Source: Deltaproteobacteria bacterium
GTDB lineage: Bacteria > Desulfobacterota > Binatia > HRBIN30
Direction of reading: 5' to 3'
Length of the DNA stretch: 64,000 nt
Assembly (NCBI GenBank): GCA_016200585.1
Contig: JACQEN010000195.1
Coordinates: forward strand, 3,939-67,938
Shown: piece by piece, positions 63,875 to 64,000 of the stretch
Layout: each line of letters opens with the position of its first letter
Numbering within the stretch: the stretch's first letter is position 1
Notes under the pieces: model-generated
Databases searched by the model: none
Seen by the model: only the letters and a program-made list of their open reading frames with translations
What the model was told of the DNA's origin: nothing
Made by a program: the position numbers and the translations under genes

Positions 63875-64000
63875 ATGAGGGCGAGACAGGGCGGCTGGCT
63901 CTTAGCGGTCGGAATAGGAAGTTTGCTGCTGAGTGCTGTAACGGCACGAGCAGACGTAGGTGGGGACCGGCCGGGGTCGATCCTGATCTTTCCGAAGGTT
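63875..64000 (+). CDS. Secreted protein, third paralog of the 'PKV' family; partial, continues beyond the window
   Basis: My own translation gives MRARQGGWLLAVGIGSLLLSAVTARADVGGDRPGSILIFPKV. This has the same signal + GSI[VL]I[YF]PKV opening as paralog 1. Confidence 0.6.
   Translation, partial: MRARQGGWLLAVGIGSLLLSAVTARADVGGDRPGSILIFPKV

Overview
This is a visibly GC-rich bacterial chromosomal window with about 40 protein-coding genes. I recognised no rRNA, tRNA, CRISPR array, transposase or integrase. The cell envelope looks diderm: there are lipobox lipoproteins, an outer-membrane-type beta-barrel and OprI/Lpp-like lipoproteins. All calls come from reading the supplied ORF translations and the DNA by eye. 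No database, HMM or structure search was run, so family names are motif-level recognitions. Three themes stand out. (1) Ordinary housekeeping genes: ligA, nhaA, acyP, a holA-like gene, two Zn-dependent alcohol dehydrogenases, an alpha/beta hydrolase and PNPOx-family proteins. (2) Redox and CoA metabolism with an anaerobic flavour. This includes a divergent glycyl-radical enzyme with its activase in an operon with a flavin-fold protein and an enoyl-CoA hydratase. It also includes a Tat-less beta-alpha type-II DMSO-reductase-family molybdoenzyme, a fused double family-III CoA-transferase, an acyl-CoA dehydrogenase, an aldehyde dehydrogenase, two CrtI-like flavoproteins and a methyltransferase. 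(3) An unusual density of very large secreted proteins: an RHS toxin, a GH-A glycosidase, a six-module PPC protein, a giant lipoprotein and three stalk proteins. Six of them carry the same dockerin-like Ca-binding module directly after the signal peptide, and most contain long Thr/Pro linkers. The best candidate for an undescribed system is 53.1-64.0 kb. It holds three tandem 'dockerin-like anchor, 470-675 aa Thr/Pro stalk, conserved Cys-rich head' genes, followed immediately by at least three tandem paralogs of a second unrecognised Cys-rich secreted family that continues past the window edge. A second candidate is the tightly coupled lipoprotein, TPR+beta-barrel (Slam-like) and FecR-domain operon at 39.1-44.7 kb. 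Three genes carry small disruptive lesions (a 17-bp tandem duplication, an internal deletion and a frameshift). These are either real pseudogenisation or assembly error.
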